Shown here: piece by piece, positions 38,706-52,418 of the stretch
How positions within the stretch are numbered: the stretch's first letter is position 1
Layout: each line of letters starts with the position of its first letter
NCBI RefSeq assembly: GCF_018350175.1
Contig: NC_058368.1
Location: 161,698,001-161,762,000, forward strand
Length of the DNA: 64,000 nucleotides
Direction: 5' to 3'
Source: Felis catus
Taxonomy: Eukaryota
Translations under genes and position numbers: made by a program
Notes under the pieces: generated by a model
The model's input: only the letters and a program-made list of their open reading frames with translations
What the model was told of the DNA's origin: nothing
The model's database searches: none

Positions 38706-41454
38706 TTTAACTAACCTCTCATTGCTGATTTTATATTTTAAGGAAAAAAATGAACGAAGAGGAAATTAGGAGAGAGTTGGTTGAGCATGTCAGGAACCAA
38801 TGATGATGATGAACAAAGGAGAAACTGAGCAAATACAAGATAGTTGTCTAGACTGGAGGGAAGATGGGGGCAGTATAAAATGGAGAAAAAAGAGGTACAA
38901 GGAAAGGAATAAATAAACAAAATTAAATTTGAAATTCCAACTAGCCCGAACAGAACAAAAAGTGTTTTACAGCCTTCAGTTAACCATTTCTTAATCACTT
39001 CACTCTTACTTGCTATTCCTAGCATCTCTGTTTAAGCACAGTGAAGAGCAGCATATGATGGTCAAAAATATCAGTTGCTGTTTGCAACTGTTAATTTACT
39101 CCTCTCTCAGAGTCTTCCACCTGATGTCAAAGTGGTACAGAGCAGACCATATTTATTTTATCAGCATGGACACAGTCTCCCTTCTATAAAAACCCAGTAG
39201 GGACAGGTTGCCTGACATTTCCTTCAATCCCCAGATATTGAAGGAAAAGGAAAGAATACACCATTGCTTTCCCACACTTAGGTGAGATGAGAATAGGGTA
39301 GATGGAGTGAGGATTTGTTCTCCACCATCTCTCAGTATCAATATTAAGAATTATCTGAAATTTCTGTTGTCATCAGAAAACTACTATTACTAAGCTCATG
39401 AAATTCTTGAGTAAAGACAAATATTAGAATGTACTGTTTTGTAAGTTCACATGGGTGTAAATTATGTGAAAAACTTAAAAAAATAACTGAAGGAAAATTT
39501 AAAAGCACTTTAAATATTGCAAAATCCAAAGCAATTTTCACCACTAAATAGTTGTATACTTTAAAATATACAATGTTATAATAATTTTACAACTACATGA
39601 AATTAAAAAAAAAGACTTAAAAGATACTTTTAAACAGATTGTGTAAAAGTAGCTTTATAAACCTGTTTTCCTTTGCCTATGATGATATAAAATGATACAT
39701 ACTGTCTTCTAATTCTTGAAATTCTTGAAATTTTTACAGCATACTTTTAGATATGTATGTGTGGAATGAACGGGGCAGAGATTTTGTAGAGGCAATTCTA
39801 TCACTCTGTGGGCTCTGTGAGTAGGTAAATTGTAATACTTTAAGTAAAGATAAATACTTTATACAATGATCTCAGCTTCTAAATTAAAAAAAAAAACAAA
39901 AGCATAGAAAGCATATACCTTCTTTCAATATCATCTACAATGAACTGGGCTTGTACTCCTGAATTCTATACTGGGCAATGGTTTTCCTGTGCAGTGTTGA
40001 TTCTCTCTCCAATATTTAGCATATGTCAGGCCACCCAAAGAAAAAATATAAAAAATTAATATCAATAGGATAATTTATTTAATGCTTACCAGTTTTTTAA
40101 ACTTAATGATGAAGGTTCTAGTGATATCATTATTCTTCTTCATGTGATATTAAAGAGCTATCAAAATTAAATTTGGCTCAGAGAAAGTACTATTAGGATT
40201 GTTCCATAGATTGTACATCAAATCTAAAAGTGGGTCCAACTACCTTACAGTATAACTATAGTAGAAGTCACCATGCCCTTTAGACTGAGTTGAATATTGT
40301 TCCATATCTTGTGAAAGTGATTGAGTCTATTGAAGGCTTGGTTATTTCTATAAGTTGTGTAGCTGTTTGGTATGTTCTGATTAGTGTATGTTGGGCTGTG
40401 AGACAGTTTGTGGCACTATACTAATGCCTTGTAATGCTCTGTGATATCTTCTTATAATGTATTGTATGTGATATCTAAAGGTTAGTCACCTATCTAGAAT
40501 TCTTATGGAATATTTCAATATTTCAAAGACTTCACATAAAATTCTGAGTTTGAACAGTCTCATTCAGTATAGGAAGCATACCTTATTCTCTTTCAAATAT
40601 GTTGTATTGTTCTGCACAACTTGAACTAATGGAGCTGACCACAGACAAATATTTTAAATTTACCATGAGTGTTTAGAGATGTCTCATTTCAGGAATTATT
40701 TCTGACCCCACACAGAAGGAATGCAAGAAGGAATGTATAGGTAATCATTTCTATAACTGTGCTCCACTCATGACTGGCCTGAGTGGCATGGTTGGCCACA
40801 ACAGGTTTGTTGTATGAATAAACTAATGTAGTAAGTTACTGATACTTTTGAGAAAATAATTACAGTTTACTTTTTAACACATTTTCATTTTACATGACAA
40901 TTAGCATCATACCAAACAAATGTGTTTCGATGAGTAGAATTATAGTTAATGTGGCACCTGGGTGGAGAAGAATTTTAGAGAATTATTTGTGGAAACCTCT
41001 AAATTTACTGGTTCTATAAATACTGGTACAAAGGAGTGTTTCACAATTTTAAAATCACATATATTTTTCCTTCTTTTGTCTACAGACATCTTTTAAAATG
41101 ATGTTAGCAGTGTAACAGTAGCCCACTGAATATTTGGAATGTCTTTTTATTAATTAATAAAACAAAGCTATCATTAAGCCTAAAATTATACTTCTCTTCA
41201 CTTAAAAATGCCATAGATATAGATTTTATTTGAAGAGAAGAAGAGTTATCCCAGACAGGAAAAGAAAATATTGGAGATAAAATCATACATCCCATAGAAT
41301 TCTTTTGTATAGATCCTGGTCTGTGCCAACTCTATGGATGCAGAGGGACATAAGAGAAATTCATAGTTTCTTATGGTTTCAAGATAACAAATCCAGAGTA
41401 TTCAAAGTGCTTAGATCTGAAGAAGTAGATGTAATGAATAATATTAAAATATTT

Positions 41455-41560
41455 CCTTTCCTGCCATTTGTGACAACGTGGATTGAAATTGAAGGTATTA
41501 TACCAAGTGAAATAAGAGAAACACAAATACTGTATGATATCATTTATATGTGGAATCTGT
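41455..41560 (+). mobile_element. L1 fragment (end of ORF2)
   Basis: CTGCCATTTGTGACAACGTGGATTGAAATTGAAGGTATTATACCAAGTGAAATAAG; peptide LPFVTTWIEIEGIIPSEI resembles the L1 ORF2 C-terminus. Confidence 0.75.
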
Positions 41561-42002
41561 TATTTAAGTGCATTTTCCTGTTATTTAAGTACATGTAAAT
41601 ATGAGACATAGATTTTACACATAAATTCCATATTTAGTCAGTCATTAGGGAATCCAAACTAGGCTTTAATTGATTTTCCTTTTTTTTTTTTTTTTCTCGA
41701 GGCATCACATAGACCAGGGCTTTTACTTTGTGTAATATCCCACTGAAACCATCATTTAATTTAATTAGTTAAGTGATGATACAAACTTCCACTAAGGGAG
41801 TATTTTGGTTTGTTTTTTTTTTCTTTCTTTCTTTCTTTTTTTTTGTTTAAGGGAATATTTCTTTTAAGACAAGAAAGGCATGACAATGTGTGTGTCTTTG
41901 TATTTATGTAAAACTACCACTATACAGGCAAACATACAAATGATCACTTTTCACAGGCTAATTTTAAAATACTTATGTGAGGTATTAAAAATAACATTTT
42001 CT

Positions 42003-42235
42003 GGGGTACCTGGGTGGCTCAGGTCGGTTGAGCAGCTGACTTTGGCTCAGGTCATGATCTCATGGGTGCTGGGTTCGAGCTCCACATCAGGCTCTGTGCT
42101 GACCGCTCAGAGCCTGGAGCCTGCTTTGGATGCTGTGTCTCCCTCTCTCTCTGCCCCTCCCCAACTTGCGCTCTACCTCTGTCTCTCAAAAATGAATACA
42201 CGTTAAAAAATAATAACAATAAAATAAAATAATAA
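42003..42235 (+). mobile_element. CanSINE
   Basis: GGGGTACCTGGGTGGCTCAG head; TSD AAAAATAA(C/T)ATT(T/C)TC. Confidence 0.92.
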
Positions 42236-43404
42236 AAAATAATATTCTCCAAAAATATACTTCACAGGTCAATGATGCCACGTGTATGACCATATACCCT
42301 CCTCCTCCCAATAGGACAACAGCTTAGAACAAGAGATTCCTGTTGCCGTATAATAATACGCTTATACATCATTAAACAAAAAAAAGCATTTTATTTCTTT
42401 AAAGTCTTTCTGAAAAAAACTAAAAGTGAAGCTTAAAATTTAATTAATGTCAACTGAAGATTTTATCTAAAAATAATATTTGGTTTATAAAGCTTGAGGT
42501 TAAGTTGAACGTAATACTTCTATGTATGTGATCTTTGAGGAGTCACTGAACTAATCAGTGCCCTCTGCAAGCAGACCAGGCATAATTTATCTCTCTCTTA
42601 ACAAACTTACTAACAGGAAAAGTGGGAAACAAATAAACAACCTGGGAACACAGGCTATGCATGCAACCAAATGACCAACACCATCTGTAGATATGCAGAT
42701 ATATGTGCAGTAGGTATCTAGGATGGTGAGATATTTGAAAGATTCTAAAGATTGTTACCAAAATTTGTAACAACTTCAACCAGCTTGATATGGATAGAAA
42801 ACTAATTCAAGGAATGAGTCTCCCATTGAGTTTAAAGCAAAAGTCCTTTGTGGTATTCTAGAGTAAAAGAAACATATGTACAGTAAAAAAAAAAAAAAAG
42901 ACACATATACTCAGAGAAGGAAAAGGTATTTGGCACATAGATGATGTGGCAGAACTCCATGAGAAAGGCAAGAGCTTTAGGAAAGATTGAAGTTTGGTTT
43001 AGTGATATGTCATTGAAACTATTGCGTCCATGAGACTCAAAGGAATGAATTCTCCAAACAGCTATTACACAACCAATATTGTTTTCCTGCAGAGATTATT
43101 TCTTTCCAATCATAAGTGGACTTTGGCTAAAGTTTTCCTTATAAAACCAGAAACCTAATCCAGGGCTGCATTGCCCTAGTACATACTATTATCTAGAATA
43201 TTCCAACTTCTATTTTTGGAAACTAGTAAAAACTTTGGTGTAGGAGAAGAAAATAAAAATAATTATAGTGATAATTTTCATGCCTTCATTAAGATCATTA
43301 TCCTAATTTTTTTACACTTCTTGGTAACTCCATAACACAGTTATAAGCTTGTAGAATTGGTCATTATTTTGCTCTTGTAAAATAAGTTTTAAAAATAAAA
43401 TAGC

Positions 43405-43630
43405 GGGGCACCTGGGCAGCTCAGCTGGTTAAGCATCTGACTCTTGAATTCAACTCAGGTCATGATCTCAGGGTCCTGAGATTGAGCCCCACATTGGGCT
43501 CCATGCTGAGAGTGGAGCCTGCTTAAGATTCTCTCTCTCGCTCTCGCTCTCGCTCTCGCTCTTTCTCTCTCCCTGTGCCTCTCTCTCTCTCTCTCCCTCT
43601 CAAAAATAAATATATAAATAAATAAATATT
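43405..43630 (+). mobile_element. CanSINE (older subfamily) with (CTCTCG)n tract
   Basis: GGGGCACCTGGGCAGCTCAGCTGGTTAAGC head; TSD AAAATAA..ATAGC. Confidence 0.9.
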
Positions 43631-43734
43631 AAAATAATCATAGCTCAGAAAAGTATAATTAACCTCATGAAGTTCTGTTCCTAAAATCACTCCCCCATTT
43701 GCAAATGCTCAAAACCAATAAGTGACTTGCAACA

Positions 43735-43882
43735 AGGAGATAATAAAGTTCTGTAGATACAATGCACAGCACCATGATTATAGTGAACATTACTGTACTA
43801 TAGACTTCAAAGTTGCTAGAATACTCAATCATTTTCACTATAAGAAAGAAGTGGCAATTATATGAATTGGCAGAGGTGTTAA
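43735..43882 (+). mobile_element. L1 3' UTR fragment
   Basis: AAGTTCTGTAGATACAATGCACAGCA...ATTATAGTGAACATTACTGTA...AAAGTTGCTAGA...GAGGTGTTAA. Confidence 0.65.
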
Positions 43883-45528
43883 GACAACAGTCTTAATTTT
43901 AATCAAAGGTGAGGCTGAACCTAATAAGTTATATAGATCCCAGTGCTAAAGCTTAGAGGGATGTAAGAACAAGGATTTCAGTCACAGGTGATCCTGTATT
44001 CCTCCAGTATTAACCAAACTTGAAAATTCTTCTCTTTATAATGCAACAATTTCCACTTATGCTATAAATCTTTACTTCTTTATTATTCCTGTCCTCTGAT
44101 TTTCAGTCTCTTTAGAAATTCTAGAAGCCTTAGTTTCTTCTTCACAACCATACTTCACACAGACTTCAGTGGTTGGAGCTCATTACCTCCACTTCCAGTT
44201 TAAATTTCCCTTTTTCTTTCCCAATTTAAATTTCCAATTTTTCTTTCCCTTATTAATTTTTTTTACCTCTTCTTTGGATACATTTTTGTTTGTATATCTA
44301 CATGTTGACAGAGTTTTTTCTCCCCCTCAATCCAATCAATCTTTGACCATGCATCCAATTGAGAAAAAGATAATAAAGTAAAATGTTTGTAGTTCTATTC
44401 ATTGTTATGAAATGTATTCACCTGATAGTGTGCTATTATGATTTTTCATGGCCATTATTACTTTATGAAAACATTGCTGCCAATTTATGATTAATACTTA
44501 TATAATTATATTTATTTTTAAAGCTATATTTCAAAGAAATATGTATACTTTTATCTTTCAAAATCTATACTTTTACAGGCTGAATTCCAGCATAACTTAG
44601 GTTTTCAACATAGCAAATTGGTATGCTTTCCTATGTTGACATTGAGCTATTTCATATTTAAACATACATACTTCATTCATTCAGAAATTTTTTTCTGAAG
44701 AACTAAAACAAGCCAACAAATATGTTCAGATGCATGAACTGGAAATTAAAAACCAGTACCTATGACGTCATCACAATCCCATTTCTATGGCTGTTTGTTT
44801 CACCTAAGGTTAACCAAACACATGACTCATCAAACATCTGCTCACCATCAATGAAAAACAGGGATGTTTAATTATGTGAGAAAACTCAAAAACTAAAGCA
44901 TACTAACATACACAAATATATAGAGTACTGTAATGAAGGCAATTTGGTGAAAGGTATCAAATGTAACCTTGCTTATGTACTTTTTGAAAATTTGCTTTAT
45001 AAACTTGTTATGTTCTTAGAATCTGCTAAATAATTGTCATTATAAGGGTAAAATTACTTACATCTATTACATCATTACATAGATGTTCATAATCTTTATA
45101 ATAAATAAATATAATTTCTTATATATAAGGATTATAAAATTAATGACTAATTAACCAATAATTAACTATTATTTATATTAGTGAATTAACATTAAATTAA
45201 TTGATATCAAGGAAAACGATTAATAAAAGTCAGTTTCTGTGTATTAAATCTAATAAAATTGTCAACTGGCAAAAAAAAAGCTGGTGTGACACTTACTGCT
45301 ACAATAAGATCACCTTTTCTTTCAATGACACAATAATTTTAACTTCATTTTCCAGGGTAAATGTAAATTTGGAAACTATGCAGAAAAACATAGCATACAT
45401 AAATATTTGTTTGATTTTTCAATAATCCTTAATATCGATACTAGACTTACACTCTTCTGTCAGTTTTCTATTCCTTAGTAAAACATCTTTGAAGAAATTA
45501 CAATCTTTAGGAACAAAAGAAAGCTCAC

Positions 45529-45786
45529 CTTATTACAAAGTTGTGACTGTCAATCTCCTTTCCACATTCACTATCGAGCAGAATGCCAGAATTTCCAACA
45601 ACTGCACAGGTCTTAAATCTGCGATTTTTCATTGGTGACACTTCAGGTAGGAGGCTGTGAAGATCCTGAGAAATATTTAGTGTCCGACGCCTGTCGAGTA
45701 CATAGTGTATGACATCACCAGGCTTAAAACTGCTCTTGACCACTGAGACATCTCGTTCTGCATCTAGGAAACGAAGAATGTTCTTC
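45529..45786 (-). CDS. ST8SIA4: ST8SIA4 coding exon 3 (codons 82-168, polybasic region and start of sialylmotif L)
   Basis: Acceptor TTTCACATATAG|G, donor AG|GTGAGC; 258 nt; [17 protein letters not shown]...[31 protein letters not shown] contains the GT29 sialylmotif L ([10 protein letters not shown]). Confidence 0.97.
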
Positions 45787-46075
45787 CTATATGTGAAATA
45801 CAAAGTTTTCCATTAATGACAACATAGCCGAGAACTGGTGATATGCACAAAGTAACGGCTAATAAAATATAAATTGGTAAATTACTAATCTTAAATTGTC
45901 AGGTGGTAATTAAAGCAACCAAATAAGTGAATTCTATTGAAATTGAATTTGTCCTTAAAAAATCATTTGCACATACATTCTCAATGATTTGTCAAATAAA
46001 TATAGTATACACATCTATTTATAGAGTGAAAAAAGGTCCCCATCTATCAAAAGATATAGAAAAAATAATTTATTC

Positions 46076-46735
46076 TGCTGCAGGCACTCTGGGAAACAAA
46101 AGGGAGTTTCCTCAGAAAGTTAAAAATACAACTGCCCTATAATCCAGCAATTGCACAACTAGGTTTTACCTAAAGGATACAAAAATACTAATTTGAAGGG
46201 ACACATGTACCCCAAAATGTCTATAGCAGCATTATCAACAATAGCCAAATTATGTAAAGAGCTCAAATGTCCCTCCACTGATGAATGGATAATGAAGATG
46301 TGGCACTTATATGCAATGGAATATTACTCAGCCATCAAAAAGAATGAAATCTTGCCATTGGCAACAATGTGGTTGAAGCTACAGTGTATTATGCTAAGCG
46401 AAGCAAGTCAGTCAAAGAAATACAAATACCGTATGATTTCACTCATATGTGGAATTTAAGAAACAAAACAGATGAACATGGGGTGATGGAAACAAGAAAA
46501 GAGAGGGAGGTAAACCATAAGAGGCTCTTTTTTAACTATAGAAAACAAACTGAGGGTTTCTGGAATAAAGGTAGGTGGGGGATTGGCTAAATGGGTGATG
46601 GGTATTAAGGAGGCCACTTGTTGGGATGAGTCCTGGGTGTTACATGTAAGTGATGAATCACTAAATTCTACTCCTGAAACCTATAATACACTATATGTTA
46701 ACTAGAATTTAAATAAAAATTTGAAAAAGGCCAAA
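46076..46735 (+). mobile_element. 5'-truncated carnivore L1 (ORF2 C-terminus and 3' UTR)
   Basis: Peptide SIAALSTIAKLCKELKCPSTDEWIMKMWHLYAMEYYSAIKKNEILPLATMW matches the L1 ORF2 C-terminus; 3' end CTATATGTTAACTAGAATTTAAATAAAAA; degenerate A-rich TSD ending ATTTATT / TTTTATT. Confidence 0.92.
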
Positions 46736-47079
46736 AAGAAAATTTTATTAAATAAAACAAAAATGCTGTGACTTGACTTTGCCTAACTAGATATTCTGCT
46801 AGCTTTAGTTAATTTTCTATAGTCATATTGTTTTGTTTTGTGTTCTGTAGTTAAGGTAAATAGAAATAACTTAAAATGGTTTGGAATTATACCTTACTTA
46901 ACTCTATTAAAAGGATTAAACTTCCCAATAAACCTATACATTAACTCAAATCATGTATATATTATAATTATTTGTAGAGGGTTAAAACTACACTGTATGA
47001 AAGTTTTCTTTCAAGAATCCAGGAAGAAAGATGGGTACATTAGAGGAAAAAAAAAAAGGATAGATAAAATACCTCACTA

Positions 47080-47375
47080 GGCATGGCAGAGATAGCTAAT
47101 AGTTCCTTAGTGATCTCCCTTGCTATCTTGCTTTTAGTATTTGAATTTTCTAAGTTTTGCCCAGGCATAAGAATCCACAGCTAAAACATTTCCAAGTTTA
47201 CAAACCCAAGTGCAGATGGGTTTGGTCATGTGAGTTAGTTTTCTTACATGGGATACGGGCGGATCATGTGCGTGGCTATACAAGAGAGAAATAAAATCTC
47301 AACTTGTTTGATCCACTGTATTTTAAGATTTCTCTTTTGTATTATGGAAGCTTAGCCTATTCCATACCAAATAAA
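47080..47375. mobile_element. MLT1-like (ERVL-MaLR) LTR relic
   Basis: CAGCTAAAACATTTCCAAG...GGTCATGTGAGTTAGTT and CCACTGTATTTT...TCTCTTTTGT...GCTTAGCCTAT resemble MLT1 LTR motifs as I recall them. Confidence 0.5.
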
Positions 47376-49519
47376 GAAATTTATAACAGATTCAAAGCCG
47401 CTGTATAAACAAATATGTATATGCTAAGTTAGACGATAAAAAAAATAAAGGTATAGCTGGCTTTTGATATAATCAAAACTCTTATCTGCGGTAACCTGGG
47501 AGTTATATCCTATATCTAATAAGCCTGTTGCTCTTGGAAAAATGGTTAAAAAGTGTTTCATGTTGTTTTATGTTGGTTGCTCCTTTTAGCAAGGCACTAA
47601 GACAAAGTCAGCCAAGTGGCAAGCTGAGATGGAAATGGCAATGACCTGTATGTAAACTGTGTGAGTTTGGTAATTGGGACCTCCAAAATGTCTCAAATAC
47701 CCCAATTATCAAAAGACACAACTATACATCAGAGCCATCCCAGGAGCAAGAGTCATTGCCTTCCCACCAAATTTATAGATTCAAATGACTTGGGAGGGAA
47801 ATTGAGGGAAAGGATGGTGAAGCTAGAATAATTAGAGGAGAGTCAGAGGCTGAACTGTACAGAAGAAATCTCTGGGTGTGGTTATTTATACAAGGAATTA
47901 ACTATAAGGAAATGGCCCAGGAGTCTAGTATGTTTTTGAGGGAATTATATTTCTAAAGAAATGATAAGCCTGCCTACAGACGTCTGAGATCACTTAATCC
48001 TCAAGCTACCAAACATATACCAGCCAGAAGCAATCTGAGAAACTCTCTCCAAGATTGGAAGTTGGATATAATTTACTGAAGTGCTCTTATTATAAGCTTG
48101 TATTCTCAGAGTGCTAAAAACAATGCCATTATTATGACATTTAAGATATGAGAGACATGTTTTCCTTTAGTGCTGCTATGGTTTAAGCTCTAACACATTT
48201 GTAAATTTTATTACTGAGCACAATGTGACCTCCTCCCACTACTCAACCAAAAGGGCAATTCTCCGTATCACACAAGCCAGAAGCATGAATAGCAAGGAGG
48301 GATGAAAAGTAACTAACTCAAATCTTCCTTTTTGTTTTACTTTGGTTTGCTTTAAATAGGTGTCAGTTTAATGTCTTATTAGAAAACCAGTTGACTGAAA
48401 ACTTTGGCCAGGTTTGATACACAAGGGATATAACCATTAATTCTCTGGAAAAGAAAATATTTTTTGAATTTTTGCTCCAATCAGAATATCAGGTTCATAA
48501 TTAGAATTTATACAGGAAAAACCTTTATAAATGCCCTATAAATGAAATTTTAAAATTAATAAAAATGCTATCAAGCACCATAACAGTTCATCTTAACTAA
48601 GTACAGATTATATGTGAAGACAATTGCTAGTGAAATCAGCAACTATAGGGTATATGAATTACAGAAAATTAAGAAGTCTTTCATTATGTTAAGAACATAT
48701 AATTCTTCACAAAAGTTAACTATCACCAAGAACAGCAATCCATAGAAACTTTTGTACATACTTACTGACATTTGTTTGTTTGGAGAAAAGTTTTAGTAAT
48801 GCCTGACACCTGTATTTCAAAAAAAAAATCTCATTTCCTGTGAAAATGACAAGGCTGGCTCTAAAATAAAAACTGCACGGATGTGGTCAAATCACCAAAC
48901 TAGATTATCATTTTCCTTTGAACATAATTTAAAGGGGTTGTTGTAGATATTTGAAGATGTAACTCACAAGTGGTGAAGTGTTTGCAAATGTGAGGTAAAT
49001 AGACCAGAGAATAAGATTTGAAAGAAGACTCTTGAACTGGGAAATCCAAAAAGCAAAATCCCTTTTACTCAAGAAAAAAGTTACCACTTACGTTCTTGTC
49101 AACTGATGGGGACTTTCCAATTAACAGCACCGTTGCTGTGTTATAGAGACTTTGCAGCAAAATGTTTTATTCTTTATTTTTTTTTCAGGGCACAAAGCTA
49201 CTGTATTTGGACACAGTTTGCTACATACACAGAAAAGCTCAACACGCGTTTCCAGCCAGCCCAACCCCGAGCACTGCAAAATATTTTAAACACAGGTCTT
49301 TTACATTCCTCAGTATAATAGAACATCTTTAATTTGTTCACTCTTAGGGAAAATTGATATTAAAAACGAACAATAAGAGTTCAGAGAAATTTCAAAAGAT
49401 AACACATTGTCTAACACTTGAGATACATGACATAATTATTAAATGCAGATAATACTATGTGTTCTTCCAATGCTCTTGTATAGGCTGAACAATTGTTTAT
49501 TTTGTTAGTATAGTATTTT

Positions 49520-49969
49520 CTTTTTATTCATTTTATTTTTTTAATGTTTATTTATTTATTTTCTTTTTCTTAATGTTTATTTATTTTTGAGAGAGAGAGA
49601 GGGAGAGGGAGGAAGTGAGGGGCAGAGAGAGAATCTGAAGCAGGCTCTGTGCTGTCAGTACAGACCCTGACGGGGAGGCTGAAAACCATGAATTGCGAGA
49701 TGTGACCTGAGCCAAAGTACATTCGGAGCCAAAGTACAACACTTAACAGACTGAGTTACCCAGGCGCCCCATGTTTACTTATTTATTTTGAAAGAGAGAG
49801 ACAGAGCATGAACACAAGGCACAGAGAGAGAGAGGGAAGACAGAATCCCAAGCAGGCTCCATGCTAACAGCACAGAGCCCAATGTGGGGATCGAACTCAC
49901 TAACCGTGAGATCATGAACTAACCCGAAATCAAGAGTGGGAGGTAAACGACTGAGCTACCCAGGTGTCC
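49520..49969 (-). mobile_element. Two CanSINEs: one (49563-49770) inserted in the tail of the other
   Basis: Inner TSD ATGTTTA(T/C)TTATTTATTTT (49544-49562 / 49771-49789); outer TSD TATTT(T/G)CTTTTT. Confidence 0.9.
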
Positions 49970-52365
49970 TTATTTGCTTTTTTTAAACTGGAAAAAGGGG
50001 GAAAGGAAACCTTGAATGTCTGCAGTATGTCCTTTTTCTAATATTGAACTAAACTTTTCTATTTTAGGGCTTACATCTATGCATGGAACATTATTTTAGC
50101 TCAGACTCCTGATGTAGGATCCAAGAAAAATTGAAAATAATTATTATGAGTGAATAATATTGTGACTTCAATGCTTAATAACTTTTTTTTTGCAAACAGT
50201 ATGGAAAGGTTATGTTTTTCTCCCTAGCAAGCTATAGGCATTTTTTTTTTTTAGATTATAGATGTAATGGACTATAAAAAGTTCTGTAGATTTGCTAAAT
50301 CTAGTTGTTATTCAGACTGTAAATCTCTGAAGAAAAAGAAAACAAAATGCCTAAGTATAATTAACTAAATGCCATTGGAAACATGAAAAATTCTTATGCT
50401 GAACTGAAACAACACTTTATCACCAAGAACATACATGCTTTTGCTCAGATACTTGACATGCATGAAAACAGCAGATTCAACAAAATGATTTCAGCATGAG
50501 AGAGACAAATTATTCCTAATACTTTTTCTTAATATGTGGTCAAGTTATTACCAGATACTTAAAGCAAGGGGTCATGTTTTCTGTGTGTGACTGAAAAGAG
50601 CAACAACAGAAAAGATTCCTGACAGGTCTTCAACTGTCGTTTTGTGGCCATAATGTAACTTTTGAAGCAAAAACCTAAATTCAGTAACTGTTTTGATGAT
50701 AAAGATAACTGAAGGAGTCTGAAAATATGTTTCACTTTCAGTGAGACTAAAAATCTTAGTCATAAAGATTATGTTTTGTTAGGCAATCCTGGGTTAAACT
50801 GAAAGGCTGGTTGAGACTGTTAAACTGACAGGAATAGATTCTATACAGAAACTTTTCAACTGAATTTTCAACTAGAACTTCCCTTTCAACAACACACATC
50901 ACTTGAAATAGCAGCTGCAGAGTTCCAGAGAGTTAATTTACTAAACATTGTTTTCACTTGTGTAATGTTAAATATAGCTAACCTATCACCAGGTGCCACT
51001 CTTTCTTCTCTGTAGGTTTCTTGTCAACAACAAGCATACGTGCTGTGGCAACTAAAATTTAATCCAAATGACACTGTTGACTCCATCAGAGAGTATTGTT
51101 AAGACAAATCTTACAGCTGGAACGCATCACAAGTTGAGAAGCAAATTAGGTTATAAAAATAATCAGTTTTTGTAAACTTTTGACTTTAACCAAAAATCAC
51201 TGAATTGAATCAATTGTTACTAATGTGGTTTATTAAAAAAATTAAAAGGTTTAAGAAATGCCAAGTGTTTCATTATGCCTACAAAAATGCAGAGAGAACA
51301 CACAATTTTTGTCTCAAAGATTATTTTCACAAGGCAATGTTTTTCAAAGCACTGAAAGAACATAATTAGCTTGTTATAGGACTTCTGAGCTTAGGGTCCC
51401 AAATGATACAGAAAGATATTCTAGCATCAAAGAAAAATCCTCCACAGCCAGGCAAAATTGTCTCAAAATGCTTGAAGAAAAGCATTTTTTTAGCTTAATT
51501 TACACCTCAGATGGTCATTTGATTATTTGGCACAACATTTAGCAATATGGATGAATAATATATTTTATTATTTTGGAGCAAAAGAACCCTCCACTATGTG
51601 TATTCCATAAAGACTACATTTTTAGTATGAAAATAGAGCCCCCCCCCAAATTGTTTTCATAATAAGAGATCTGGTACCAGTTGGACAGAACTAGCTTTGA
51701 AGTTTGAGCAACAAACAAGCTGTGTGACCAAAATGCGCTCCTCTGGTTAATTACTGAACAAAGTATGTAGAAGAATTTTATGTGGACTTTGCTCTAAAGT
51801 AAATGAATGCATGCAACAGTGAACTATTTTTGATAGGTAAGCATATATAAATGTGCAATTATGTTTAGTTAACCTGCAAGCTTGACCTTTTTAAAAACTT
51901 TGATGCATGACAATGCTGAGTTGAAAATATTATTTCAAACTAATCATGATGTTTTTAATCTTTCCCGATAAGTTGATGACCTTGTACCTCTCTATATGTC
52001 CACATTTGGTATTGTAATTCTTTAGGTTTCTATTTAACCTATGAAAAATGAGGGGGAAAAAAAAACAACCCAAAGATGTAAAAAAAGGTCAAGTCATCAG
52101 TGTTGGACACGATCAAATAATCTCTCAGTATCATTTCTTGGCTTACACTAGCAAAGAACAAACAACTACCAATGAAATCAAGTCCTTAACCAAAGTAATT
52201 ATTTTAATTGTGAAATTAGCTGTGGAATGTATAAACTCTTCTAAATATTGATGAATTTTCAAAGTACAATGAAGGTGGAGCCATCTCTCTTAGAAAACTC
52301 CCCATAGGTACAGTTGTTTGATGAACATATATAAATCAATTCTTGATGTGCTTATGAAAGTAGCA

Positions 52366-52367
<2 letters not shown>

Positions 52368-52415
<48 letters not shown>
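52368..52415. repeat. (AT)n microsatellite
   Basis: Uninterrupted AT run of about 48 bp. Confidence 0.95.

Positions 52416-52418
<3 letters not shown>

Noticed and set aside
48800..51300. Scattered RUNX/ETS-like motifs as an intronic haematopoietic enhancer
   Set aside because: Short motifs occur by chance; no conservation or chromatin data available from sequence alone.
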